This document shows, piece after piece, positions 52,756 through 61,345 of a stretch of DNA of 64,000 nt. Below the pieces are notes generated by a model. The model was not told the origin of the DNA and searched no databases. It saw only the letters and a list, made by a program, of their open reading frames with translations. Source of the DNA: an uncultured bacterium (GTDB lineage: Bacteria; Planctomycetota; UBA1135; UBA2386); assembly GCA_937952215.1 (NCBI GenBank), contig CALFZH010000042.1:43840-107839 (forward strand). The letters run 5' to 3'. The stretch's first letter is position 1; every line of letters starts with the position of its first letter. The translations under genes and the position numbers were made by a program.

Positions 52756-55236
52756 ATGACCGGATGCCGCTTCGTTTCGTCCCTGCTGCTCTTCGCCGGC
52801 CATCTGCTGCGGCCGTGCGATGCGCAATGCTCGACGTCGTGGCTCGCGGGCTCGGCGCTGACCGGCGTCTCGGACACGGTGGTCGCCTGTTCGCTGTGGG
52901 ATCCGGACGGTGCCGGCCCTGCCGGGCCGCGCCTCGTCGTCGGTGGTGAGTTCGCGGTCGCCGGCGCGACGACGTCGGGTCTCGTCGCGGCGTTCGATCC
53001 GACGACCGGTGTCTGGTCGGGTTTCGGCGCCGGCCTCACGCCGCTCGCGGACTACTCGGCAGTGCGCGCGTTCGCCACGCTGCCGACCGGCGAGCTCGTC
53101 GTCGGCGGTCACTTCGCTGGCTACATCCGGCGATGGAACGGCAGCGCGTGGACCAACCTTGGCGCGGCCCCGTTCTCGAACTGGGTGATGGCCCTCGCCG
53201 TGGCGAGCAACGGCGATCTGTTCGCCGGCGGCACCGGGACTGGCGTCTGGCGATTCAGCGGCACGACGTGGTCGACGACGACCTCGGGCTACACCAACGG
53301 CGTGCACGTGCTGACCACGCTGGCGAACGGCAACGTCGTCGCAGCCGGGTACGTGAACACGTCCGGCGACAGCATCGTGCGTCGCTGGAACGGCACGACG
53401 TGGACCGCACTCGGCGGCATCTTCGACGACTTCATCGACACGATCGTCGAGCTGCCCAACGGCGACCTCGTGGCGGGCGGCAGGTTCATGAGTGTCGGTG
53501 GCGTCGCTGCGTACGGCGTCGCCCGCTGGAACGGCAGCACGTGGTCGGCGATGGGCAACGGCTTGCACGTCCGCAGCGCGGTCAGCGGCGAAGTCACGGG
53601 GCTCGTGCCCCAAGCCAACGGCGACGTGATCGCGGTCGGCACGTTCACGCGATCGGGTTCGACCGTGCTCAGCAACATCGCGCACTGGAACGGCAGCGTG
53701 TGGTCGCCGTACGCGACCGCGATGCCGAACTACGCGACGTGCGCGCTCACGCTGCCCGGCGGCGACCTCGTGGTCGGCGGTCCGTTCGTCGCGATCGGCA
53801 GCACGAACGTCTACGGCATCGGTCGGTGGAACGGCAGCGCGTGGAGCCCGCTCGGCAGCGGCGCCAACGGTGAGGTCCGCTCGGTCGCGGAGCTGGAGAA
53901 CGGCGACGTGGTCGTCGGCGGCACGTTCACGCAGATCGGCGGCGTGGCGTGCAACCGCATCGCCCGCTGGAACGGCACGACGTGGTCCCCGCTCGGCTCG
54001 GGCGCGGACGGGGCGGTCCAGGCGCTGCTGGCGCTGCCCGGCGGCGAGGTCGTCGCCGGCGGATGGTTCGGGACGATGGGTGGTGTCACCGCGAGCCGCA
54101 TCGCCCGTTGGAACGGATCGACGTGGAGCGCCGTCGGTACGGGCATGAACGACGCCGTCATGGCGCTCGCGCGCCTGCCCAACGGCGAGATCGTCGCCGG
54201 CGGGTACTTCACGACCGCGGGCGGCGCTGGCGCCAGCCATGTCGCGCGGTGGAATGGTGCGTCCTGGCAGCCGCTCGGCACGGGCTTCGGCGGCGGTCTG
54301 CCGTTCCAGTCCGTGCGCACGCTGCTGGTGCTGCCGGACGGCTCGCTCGCCGCTGGCGGCTTGTTCACGACCGCCGGCGGCGTGCCGGCGAATCGCGTTG
54401 CTCGATGGGACGGGGCCACGTGGTCGCCGTTCGGTAGCGGGTTCGCGGCTGGCGTGGTGAACGCACTCGCCATCAACGGGGCGGGCCAGCTGCACGCCGC
54501 CGCCAGCTTTTTCTCGCCGCAGCGCGTCGCCCGGTGGGACGGCAGCACGTGGTCCACGATCGGCGGCGACGTGCTCGGCGACGCCGACGCGATCGTCTGC
54601 CTGCCCGACGGCGACGTCGCCGTCGGCGGCTTCTTCCAGACGGCGGGCGGCGTGCCGGTCCGCAATCTCGCGCGCTGGAACGGCACCACCTGGTCGTCGC
54701 CGCAGAACGGCATCGACAACCGCGTGCTGGCCCTCGCCATGGGGCAGAACCAACTCATCGCCGGCGGCGCGTTCGCGCGCACGGGGGCCGTCGCTTCGGC
54801 GTCGTTCGGCCGCCTCGCAACGACCTGCCCGACCAGCGTCACGTCGCTGCCGACGGCGTGCCTCGGCCCGGCCGGCCCGGTCGTCGCGACCGCCGATTCG
54901 CGGCCGTGGATCGGCGCGAGTCTGCGCACGCACGCGACGGGGTTCGCTCCCGGTACGTTCGCGGTCGTCGTGGGTGGCACCTCGCTGCAGAACGTGCTGC
55001 TCAGCACCCTGACCCCGACCGGCGGTGCCGGCTGCGAGCTGTTCCCCGCTCCCGACGCGCTGGCCGCGGTGGCCACGGTTGGGGGCACCGCGTCGTTCGC
55101 ACTGTCCATACCCGACAACCTGGGGCTGGTCGGCGCGCCGGTCTGGCTCCAGTACCTGCAGGTCGAGCTGCCCGGCGGGGTGTGGACCGGAACGACGGGT
55201 TCGAACGGCCTGGCGTTCACCGCCGGCGCCTTCTAG
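52756..55236 (+). CDS. Secreted beta-propeller-type tandem-repeat protein (12-13 units of ~47-52 aa) with shared C-terminal module
   Basis: Track ORF 52648..55236. The ATG at 52756 gives MTGCRFVSSLLLFAGHLLRPCDAQ (signal). The repeat core ARWNG(S/T)xWSxLGxG...V.AL..LPNGDLVAGGxFTxxGGVxAxxI recurs 12-13 times. C-terminal module: ...GAGCELFPA...SIPDNLGLVGAPVWLQYLQ...SNGLAFTAGAF. Confidence 0.85.
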   Translation: MTGCRFVSSLLLFAGHLLRPCDAQCSTSWLAGSALTGVSDTVVACSLWDPDGAGPAGPRLVVGGEFAVAGATTSGLVAAFDPTTGVWSGFGAGLTPLADYSAVRAFATLPTGELVVGGHFAGYIRRWNGSAWTNLGAAPFSNWVMALAVASNGDLFAGGTGTGVWRFSGTTWSTTTSGYTNGVHVLTTLANGNVVAAGYVNTSGDSIVRRWNGTTWTALGGIFDDFIDTIVELPNGDLVAGGRFMSVGGVAAYGVARWNGSTWSAMGNGLHVRSAVSGEVTGLVPQANGDVIAVGTFTRSGSTVLSNIAHWNGSVWSPYATAMPNYATCALTLPGGDLVVGGPFVAIGSTNVYGIGRWNGSAWSPLGSGANGEVRSVAELENGDVVVGGTFTQIGGVACNRIARWNGTTWSPLGSGADGAVQALLALPGGEVVAGGWFGTMGGVTASRIARWNGSTWSAVGTGMNDAVMALARLPNGEIVAGGYFTTAGGAGASHVARWNGASWQPLGTGFGGGLPFQSVRTLLVLPDGSLAAGGLFTTAGGVPANRVARWDGATWSPFGSGFAAGVVNALAINGAGQLHAAASFFSPQRVARWDGSTWSTIGGDVLGDADAIVCLPDGDVAVGGFFQTAGGVPVRNLARWNGTTWSSPQNGIDNRVLALAMGQNQLIAGGAFARTGAVASASFGRLATTCPTSVTSLPTACLGPAGPVVATADSRPWIGASLRTHATGFAPGTFAVVVGGTSLQNVLLSTLTPTGGAGCELFPAPDALAAVATVGGTASFALSIPDNLGLVGAPVWLQYLQVELPGGVWTGTTGSNGLAFTAGAF
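53128..54710 (+). repeat. Imperfect tandem coding repeat, period ~140-158 bp
   Basis: The CGNTGGAACGG/CGNTGGGACGG (RWNG/RWDG) core recurs at about 53131, 53383, 53525, 53683, 53825, 53965, 54107, 54247, 54400, 54533 and 54672. One degenerate unit lies between the first two. Confidence 0.8.
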
Positions 55237-55305
55237 GCCGGCGTGGTCGGTCTGGATTTTGGTGCCGTCAGCGTGCGCTGGCAGCGGTTCGGCCCTTCCC
55301 AGGGC

Positions 55306-55830
55306 ATGAGCACCAAGACCCTCGCGTTCCTCCTGACCGCCGGCGCGGCGATGGCCCAGACCACGGGCGTGCCCGGCATCAACGACCTGACGGTGAACTG
55401 GGCAGGCTCGGGCACCACGTCGTGCACCTCGATGTGCTTCCCGAACGGCAACGTGGCGCTCAACTTCGACGTCTCGGCGCCCGTCGGCGCAGTCGCGGTG
55501 TTGCTGTTCAGCTTCTGCCCGTGCACGACGTGCTCGCTGCCCGGCCCTGCCAACACCTGCCTGCCGACGATCCCGGCGACGGCGTGCGGCGGCAGCAACC
55601 AGTCGCTCGACCTCGACATGAGCCCGCCGTGCGGGATCACGGTGTCGATTCCGGTCACCGTCAACTCGGCTGGCACGCTCGGGACGACGGTGAACATCCC
55701 GCCGATCGCCGGCATACCGTGCACGACGCCGCTCGCCGTGCAGGCAGTCGTCATCGATCCGTGCGGCGCGGGCCTGTTCGCGGTCCCCGGCCCGTTCGTG
55801 ATGACGCAGAGCTACACGCTCTGGTTCTGA
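55306..55830 (+). CDS. Small Cys-rich secreted protein consisting essentially of the shared module
   Basis: Tail of track ORF 55243..55830 from the ATG at 55306: MSTKTLAFLLTAGAAMAQTTG (signal). Ten Cys. Ends ...NIPPIAGIPCTTPLAVQAVV...TQSYTLWF. Confidence 0.7.
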   Translation: MSTKTLAFLLTAGAAMAQTTGVPGINDLTVNWAGSGTTSCTSMCFPNGNVALNFDVSAPVGAVAVLLFSFCPCTTCSLPGPANTCLPTIPATACGGSNQSLDLDMSPPCGITVSIPVTVNSAGTLGTTVNIPPIAGIPCTTPLAVQAVVIDPCGAGLFAVPGPFVMTQSYTLWF

Positions 55831-55931
55831 ACCCCGCCCTCGCTCGAGACCGAGCGAGCGCCGCGCCGGCGATGGCGAACGTCGGCCGAGTCTGTTCAGG
55901 TCGCGGCCGCGCCTGGGTCGAAAGTCGACTC

Positions 55932-56318
55932 ATGCCTGCAACTGCGACGTCGTCCCGGCCGTGGAGTGTCCGCTTCGCGCTCTTCGTCAGCACGATGGCC
56001 GCCGCGGTCCTCACCTGGGTCTGCGCGGTTCGCGCCTACCCGTTCGTCCCCGCGCATGAGACGCTCGAGTTCGAGATGCCCCTCGCCTATGCCTGGGCAG
56101 CGGATCTCGGTGGCCTGCTCCGCGATCCCGCCCGACAACCGATCCTCGCCGGCATCTTCCTTGGCGTGTTGTTGGCCTGCGCGCGGTTGGTTCCGCAGCG
56201 CCTCCGTGCCCGGTTCGCCTGGAGCCTTGCCGTTCTCCTGATGCTGGTCACCGCGGTGCTCTGGATCGGCGTGGAAGTCCATCTCGCCAACCTGAACCGG
56301 GCACTGGCGGGTGGTTAG
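55932..56318 (+). CDS. Membrane protein, function unknown
   Basis: Tail of track ORF 54534..56318 from the ATG at 55932. Three or four hydrophobic helices (FALFVSTMAAAVLTWVCAV, ILAGIFLGVLLACARLV, WSLAVLLMLVTAVLWIGV). Confidence 0.6.
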   Translation: MPATATSSRPWSVRFALFVSTMAAAVLTWVCAVRAYPFVPAHETLEFEMPLAYAWAADLGGLLRDPARQPILAGIFLGVLLACARLVPQRLRARFAWSLAVLLMLVTAVLWIGVEVHLANLNRALAGG

Positions 56319-56397
56319 AACGTCGGCGCGGTGACCGGCACGTCGGCGACGGTGCCGACGGCGGCTTCGCCTGCCCGACAAACCAGGCGGCTGTTGC

Positions 56398-57345
56398 CTA
56401 GCCAGCGGTCGTTGCGCTCCTGGCATCGAGCCTCGCGCGAACCTCCGCGATCTTGGCGCGCTCGACCGTCATCCACGTGCCGAAGATCGCGCCGCCGATG
56501 CCGAGGAGCGATCCGCCGATGCCGCCGATGAGACCCCACGTGCTCCCTGCCAATGGGAACCAGGCCTGCAGGACGCTGAACGCCCCGACACAGCAGGGAA
56601 GCACGACGCCGGTGCCCCAGAAGAGACCGAGCACGCGCTTGCGGCGTTGCTGCGCGTAGAGATCGGCCAGTTCCGACGAGCCCGCTGCGTCCATGGGTTC
56701 GGGCTCGGAGAGGGTGCGACGGAGACCGCGAGGCAGGATGGCGAGGAGGAACCCGACCACCGAACCGAAGACGACGAGCGACAGCAGCCAACGCGACCGC
56801 TCGGCTTCCGCGTAGGCGACGCGAGCAGCCTCGGGGTCGACGGCCGCGTCGCCTGGATGCGCGCCTGCGCCGAAGGGCAGGAGTCCGCGTACAGCGATCG
56901 CCGCGAGGACCAGGGCGAACAGCGTGATCGGCACTGCCCACATGGCGCGGGTCACGGGGCTCTTGCGTTCGCGGTTCACGAGCGACGCCGTGCGCACCCC
57001 GCCCGATGCGGAACCACCGCCGACCGTCCAGCCCCAGTACGGGTTCTTCGCCGCGATCGCTGGCATCGCGAGGAAGAACCACAGCGGGAAGAACCACGGC
57101 CACCAGAAGTTCGCGAGGATCAACGCGAAGGGGAACCGGGGTCCGGTCACCACCAGGCCGACCCAGATCGCCAGCAGGAACGCGGTGCTCATCGCGAGGG
57201 TCAGCAGCAGCCCGCGCGCCTTGATCCGCACCGAGTCGTCCGCGGGTCGGCTCGGGACGAGCGCCGCGAACACGAGCGGGAAGAGGAGCATCACCGGAAC
57301 GAAGACCAGCATGATCACGCGGCCGAGGGTGGAGGGATCCGACAT
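56398..57345 (-). CDS. Polytopic membrane protein, function unknown
   Basis: Track ORF of 315 aa with 7 or more hydrophobic helices. It sits immediately downstream of the GntR-type regulator (33-nt gap). Confidence 0.8.
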   Translation of the reverse strand: MSDPSTLGRVIMLVFVPVMLLFPLVFAALVPSRPADDSVRIKARGLLLTLAMSTAFLLAIWVGLVVTGPRFPFALILANFWWPWFFPLWFFLAMPAIAAKNPYWGWTVGGGSASGGVRTASLVNRERKSPVTRAMWAVPITLFALVLAAIAVRGLLPFGAGAHPGDAAVDPEAARVAYAEAERSRWLLSLVVFGSVVGFLLAILPRGLRRTLSEPEPMDAAGSSELADLYAQQRRKRVLGLFWGTGVVLPCCVGAFSVLQAWFPLAGSTWGLIGGIGGSLLGIGGAIFGTWMTVERAKIAEVRARLDARSATTAG

Positions 57346-57378
57346 GGTGGGTCTCCTGGAGTGGTTCTTGGGGTCGGG

Positions 57379-57768
57379 CTACGTCTGCTTCCACAGGCGG
57401 TCGATCTGGCGGCTGACGATCGACTCGACGATCTCGCGGGAGAGCCCCGCGATCTTGGCGTCGTCGAGGGCGGCGGCGATGCCGGCTTCGATGCGCTTGC
57501 GTTCCTCGGCCTTCGGCCCGGAGGCCCGCTCGACCGTCGCGATCACGACCGTGCCGCGACCGCGCACCGAGGCGAACAGCCCGGCGTCCGTGAGCTCGCG
57601 ATAGGCGCGGGCGACGGTGTTCAGGTTGATGCCGAGGTCGGCGGCGAGTTGCCGGACTGGGGGCAGCTCATCGCCCTCGGCCAGCCTTCCCGCGGCGATC
57701 AGGCCGCGCAAGCCGGCCACGATCTGGTCGTTGATCGGCGTCGGGCTGGCGAGCGAGATCGTGAGCAC
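57379..57768 (-). CDS. GntR-family transcriptional regulator (short, YtrA-like)
   Basis: Track ORF of 129 aa. Winged-HTH signature LPPVRQLAADLGINLNTVARAYRELTDAGL...RGRGTVV. Confidence 0.85.
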   Translation of the reverse strand: MLTISLASPTPINDQIVAGLRGLIAAGRLAEGDELPPVRQLAADLGINLNTVARAYRELTDAGLFASVRGRGTVVIATVERASGPKAEERKRIEAGIAAALDDAKIAGLSREIVESIVSRQIDRLWKQT

Positions 57769-57910
57769 GCGGCCAATTGTATCGAACTATGATACTTTGG
57801 CAAGGGGCCCGGCGCCGCCACGGGGGCGGGGCCGTCGGGTGCGGGGACCGGCGGCTACTCCCGAGGCAGGCGCCTGCATCCGCAATCGCCCGAGCAGCGA
57901 AGCTGCGCCC

Positions 57911-58705
57911 GTGACGAGCAACACCGTAGATCCACAGCCGTCTGGGCAGGATTCGTCGTTGGCCGGCGACGCATTCGTCGTGATCGGAGGCAGCGGCGAC
58001 ATCGGCGGCGAGGTCGTCCGCCGGTTGTCGGCTCGCGGTGCCCGTGTGCTGGTCGCTGGCCGCGATCCCAAGCGTCTCGCCGCCGCCGCCCGGCCCCACG
58101 CACGCGGTGCGACGATGGTGGTCGACGCCACGTCGTTCGAGGCGGTCGAGGAATGTCTGCGCCGAGGCCAGGAGTTGGGTGAAGGTCGCTTGGCCGGCGT
58201 CGCGCTCTGCGTGGGTTCGATCCTGCTCAAGCCCGCCCACACGACCAGCGCCGAGGAGTGGCAGCAGGTGATCGCGACCAACCTGACGAGCGCGTTTGCC
58301 GTCGTGCGCGCGGCCGCCAAGACCATGCGCACCGGTGGCTCGGTGGTGCTCTGTTCGTCGGCCGCCGCCAGCGTCGGGCTCGCCAACCACGAAGCGATCG
58401 CCGCCGTGAAAGCCGGGATCGAAGGCCTCGTGCGCGCCGCGGCGGCAACCAGTGCTGGTCGCGGGTTGCGCTGCAACGCCGTGGCGCCGGGCCTCGTGCG
58501 CACGCGGCTGTCGGCTGCCATCACCGGCAACGCCCGCGCCCTGGCTGCATCCGAGCGCATGCACCCGTTGGGTCGCCTCGGCGAAGCGCGCGACATCGCC
58601 GCGGCGATCACGTGGCTGCTCGGCCCGGAGAGTGGCTGGGTGACCGGCGAGATCCTGCACGTCGATGGGGGCCTCGCGCAGGTGCGACCGGTCGAGCGCG
58701 CCTGA
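57911..58705 (+). CDS. SDR-family oxidoreductase, atypical active-site region
   Basis: Tail of track ORF 57617..58705 from the GTG at 57911. Cofactor motif VIGGSGDIGGEVVRRL. The C-terminal part is typical (HPLGRLGEARDIAAAITWLLGPESGWVTGEILHVDGG). The expected N-Y-x-x-x-K reads ANHEAIAAVKAG. Confidence 0.75.
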   Translation: MTSNTVDPQPSGQDSSLAGDAFVVIGGSGDIGGEVVRRLSARGARVLVAGRDPKRLAAAARPHARGATMVVDATSFEAVEECLRRGQELGEGRLAGVALCVGSILLKPAHTTSAEEWQQVIATNLTSAFAVVRAAAKTMRTGGSVVLCSSAAASVGLANHEAIAAVKAGIEGLVRAAAATSAGRGLRCNAVAPGLVRTRLSAAITGNARALAASERMHPLGRLGEARDIAAAITWLLGPESGWVTGEILHVDGGLAQVRPVERA

Positions 58706-58737
58706 GCAGGATCACGACGACGCGGTCGTGCGCATCG

Positions 58738-59166
58738 TCAGTCCAGCAACAGGACGCTGGCAACCACCCCACGCAGTGTCCAGGCAACCGTGCGCAGCCA
58801 GTTGGTCGCGACCAATCGGCGGATCGTCGCTCGGTCGAAAGCCTGCAGCAGCTGCGCGTGGTAGGGCCCCTGCAGCACGAACGTCGACGTCCACACGACC
58901 AGCACGAGCACGAGACCCAGCGTGGCCCATGCCGACCATTGTGGTGGGGCCTGCCACCACAGCCAGACGGCGAGCAGGAGTTCGGCGACCATCGGTGGCA
59001 ACACGACGAACGTCACCCGCCGGCAGTGCGCCCGTTCGTAGGCGGCGAACTGCGCGTCGCCCACGGCGGGCAGCAACGGGTAGTGCACGATCTGCACGAA
59101 CCAGATCAGGCCGCACATGAACAGCGTCGGCAGCGCGTGCAGCACGATGAGCAACGACCAGTTCAT
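58738..59166 (-). CDS. Membrane protein, function unknown
   Basis: Tail of track ORF 58738..59913 from the ATG at 59166: MNWSLLIVLHALPTLFMCGLIWFVQIVHYPL... Four hydrophobic helices. Confidence 0.65.
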   Translation of the reverse strand: MNWSLLIVLHALPTLFMCGLIWFVQIVHYPLLPAVGDAQFAAYERAHCRRVTFVVLPPMVAELLLAVWLWWQAPPQWSAWATLGLVLVLVVWTSTFVLQGPYHAQLLQAFDRATIRRLVATNWLRTVAWTLRGVVASVLLLD

Positions 59167-59570
59167 CGCTGCTGGCGATGGTGAGCGCGGGCGGCGAGCA
59201 GCAGCGCCCCGAACGGCACCCACCAGATCACGTCGTTGCCGAGGATCAGCCAGCCGCAGTGCCACGGCAGTTCGCCGCGCCACGCTGCATCGAGGAAGCC
59301 GATCGGGCCGAGCACCTTGCCGCAGAGCCCGACGAGCACGATCGGCCAGTGCCGCAGCGGGGCGAACGCCGCGATGGCGTAGCCGATGCCGTAGACGCCG
59401 ACGATCATGCCGATGCACTGCCACAACGAGGGGTGGTTGGGCGCGGGCAGGTCGGCCCACTCGAACCAGACGCGCGGAAACAAGACGACCAGCGCGCCGA
59501 ACACGAGGTTGTAGGCAGCCGCAGCCAGCAGCACTGGCTTGGCCCAACCCGGTCCTCGGTCGACGTTCAT
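59163..59570 (-). CDS. Membrane protein, function unknown
   Basis: Tail of track ORF 59163..59864 from the ATG at 59570: MNVDRGPGWAKPVLLAAAAYNLVFGALVVLF... Four helices. The stop overlaps the next start (ATGA at 59163-59166). Confidence 0.65.
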   Translation of the reverse strand: MNVDRGPGWAKPVLLAAAAYNLVFGALVVLFPRVWFEWADLPAPNHPSLWQCIGMIVGVYGIGYAIAAFAPLRHWPIVLVGLCGKVLGPIGFLDAAWRGELPWHCGWLILGNDVIWWVPFGALLLAARAHHRQQR

Positions 59571-59705
59571 GCGCGGCGTTTCGCCGGCGCGGTCGCGCCG
59601 GATGCAACCCGCTGCCTGCGCGGTTCTGGCCGGCGGCGTGCGGCCAGCAGGTCCGGCCCACGCCGAAACCGCATCCAGATGCCAGCCGGCCGCGAAGTGG
59701 CGGGC

Positions 59706-59930
59706 ATGTTCGCCTGGCTTCGTCGCCGCCGTCTCGCCCGGGAGCGCCAGCGCCTCGAGCGTCTCCATCTGCAGCTGCTGGAGGCCGCGCGCGATCTGCA
59801 GCGCAACGGCGACATCCAGGCGTTCGCCGCCAAGACCGCGGAGGCCGCCGCTGTCGAGCAGCAACTCGACGCCTTGCTCGCCGCGAGTGACGCCGGCAAC
59901 CCCGGTCCCGCATCAGCGCCCCGCGCCTGA
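59706..59930 (+). CDS. Small helical protein, Lacal_2735-like (by memory)
   Basis: Tail of track ORF 59178..59930 from the ATG at 59706: MFAWLRRRRLARERQRLERLHLQLLEAARDLQRNGDIQAFAAKTAEAAAVEQQLDALL. This pattern resembles the small MFxWxKKK...L...EA...AEA family. Confidence 0.45.
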   Translation: MFAWLRRRRLARERQRLERLHLQLLEAARDLQRNGDIQAFAAKTAEAAAVEQQLDALLAASDAGNPGPASAPRA

Positions 59931-60067
59931 GCCAGCGGGGCGAAGGGGCGGTGCGGTCGCGAAGCGGACGCGCCGGCTACGGTCCACGTGGTCCGCTCGA
60001 AGGGGTCACTCATGGGCCCGGTTGCACGATGTCGAGGGTCCGAGGCAGGGGCCTTCGGCCGATCCGA

Positions 60068-60589
60068 TCACCAGAATCGCCACCACGGCTTCTTGCTCTG
60101 CCCAAGAGTCGCACTGCGGGGCTTTCGGTTCGGCCACGGGGTGGTGAAGACGTCCTGGTCTTCGCGCAACGGCGGGAACGCGGTGTCCACCTTCTCAGCC
60201 CCGAAACGATCCGCGAGGCGAACCCATTCGTCGCGCGGCAGGACCGCGAAGGCCAGGGTGTCCGAGCCGTCCGAGGCAGCGACCAGGCGGACCTCGTAGT
60301 CCGGTGTCAGCACGCGGTTCAGCGCCATCAGCGTGAGATGACGGTCATGCAAGGACTTGGTGAGCGGCACCGGCATCCGGCGTTCGCCGAACGTGATGGT
60401 CAGGTCTTCGTCCTCGCCTTCTTCGCAGGCCAGGCGACCAGACTCGAGCACGGTCTCGCACGCGTCGACGATCTCGGATTCGAAGCAGCGCCAATCCACC
60501 CAGAACACCGCCCCTTCGTCGTCGAGCAGCTTCTGCCGATCGGCTGCGTTCGTGCTCTGGAGATGATGCTCGATGGCGGTTGGGTTCAT
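60068..60589 (-). CDS. Hypothetical cytoplasmic protein
   Basis: 3' part of track ORF 60068..60775 from the internal Met (MNPTAIEHHLQSTNAADRQKLLDDEGAVFWVDWRCFESEIVDACE...). Acidic and globular. The start coordinate was derived from residue counts in the track. Confidence 0.6.
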   Translation of the reverse strand: MNPTAIEHHLQSTNAADRQKLLDDEGAVFWVDWRCFESEIVDACETVLESGRLACEEGEDEDLTITFGERRMPVPLTKSLHDRHLTLMALNRVLTPDYEVRLVAASDGSDTLAFAVLPRDEWVRLADRFGAEKVDTAFPPLREDQDVFTTPWPNRKPRSATLGQSKKPWWRFW

Positions 60590-60773
60590 GACGGGAGGTC
60601 TCGGGCGCGAACGGCGTGCGATTGTCGCCCCGCGCGCGCCGTGCACAAGTTCAGGCATCGGTGGCATTGGCGCCACGCGCAGCGGGAGGGTGGGTGATGC
60701 AGAAGAACCCGACATGCGTTCTCCCGACGCAACTGCATGCATCCGCAACCGACCGAGCCGCGAACGCGGGGGC

Positions 60774-60980
60774 ATGAAAGCGCACGCAACGACAGCCGAC
60801 CTCCAGATCGCTCAGGCAACCAATCGGGCCCGTGCCCTGGTGGTGGTCGGTGCGTTCCTCTCCTTCCTCTTCTCCGTGACCCTCTGGTTCAGCGGCATGC
60901 GTGAGGAGGGGCTGTTCGTCGGCCTCTGGGTCCCCTCGATCCTCGGCCTCGGAACCCTGCTGATGCCCGGCAAGAGGTGA
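60774..60980 (+). CDS. Small membrane protein (68 aa)
   Basis: Tail of track ORF 60573..60980: MKAHATTADLQIAQATNRARALVVVGAFLSFLFSVTLWFSGMREEGLFVGLWVPSILGLGTLLM. Two helices. Confidence 0.5.
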   Translation: MKAHATTADLQIAQATNRARALVVVGAFLSFLFSVTLWFSGMREEGLFVGLWVPSILGLGTLLMPGKR

Positions 60981-60984
60981 TGCG

Positions 60985-61161
60985 ATGGCCGACTACTACA
61001 TCTTCGGATTCGGCCTGGTCGTCACCCTGATCGTGGGCTCGGGGTTGACCGCGATGATCCTCGCGCACCATCGCCTGCTCGAACAAGAGCAGCGGGACGC
61101 TGACGCGAAGGCGGAAGGCAACCCTGTGCCGGTCGTCGCCGACGACCGCACGCGCCGCTGA
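60985..61161 (+). CDS. Very small membrane protein (58 aa), below the ORF-track size cutoff
   Basis: Hand translation: MADYYIFGFGLVVTLIVGSGLTAMILAHHRLLEQEQRDADAKAEGNPVPVVADDRTRR. Starts 4 nt after the previous stop. One TM helix. Confidence 0.45.
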   Translation: MADYYIFGFGLVVTLIVGSGLTAMILAHHRLLEQEQRDADAKAEGNPVPVVADDRTRR

Positions 61162-61345
61162 ACGATGGGGCGCTCCCGGTTCGCCTCGGCGTTTGCCGAC
61201 CGTCAGACCGACCCGGCTGCACTCTCCACCCGGCCCACTTTCTGCGCTTGCACCGGCAGGGCGGTAGCGTTCGTCCACTTCCTCGGGCTGGTAGCTACGC
61301 TCCCTCGCCGCTGCCATGCGTGGCAATCCGCAGGAGTCCAGGCCG

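Noticed and set aside
53128-54710. Regularly spaced DNA repeats that could be mistaken for a CRISPR-like array
   Set aside because: The period is ~140-158 bp, there is no repeat/spacer alternation, and the whole region is one continuous ORF encoding a protein tandem repeat.
60586-60601. Apparent 1-nt discrepancy between my reading of the printed sequence and the ORF track (possible frameshift in the 60068..60775 ORF)
   Set aside because: Two independent track ORFs (60068..60775 and 60586..60819) agree with each other and disagree with my manual character count. The likeliest cause is my own reading error, so I do not claim a frameshift.
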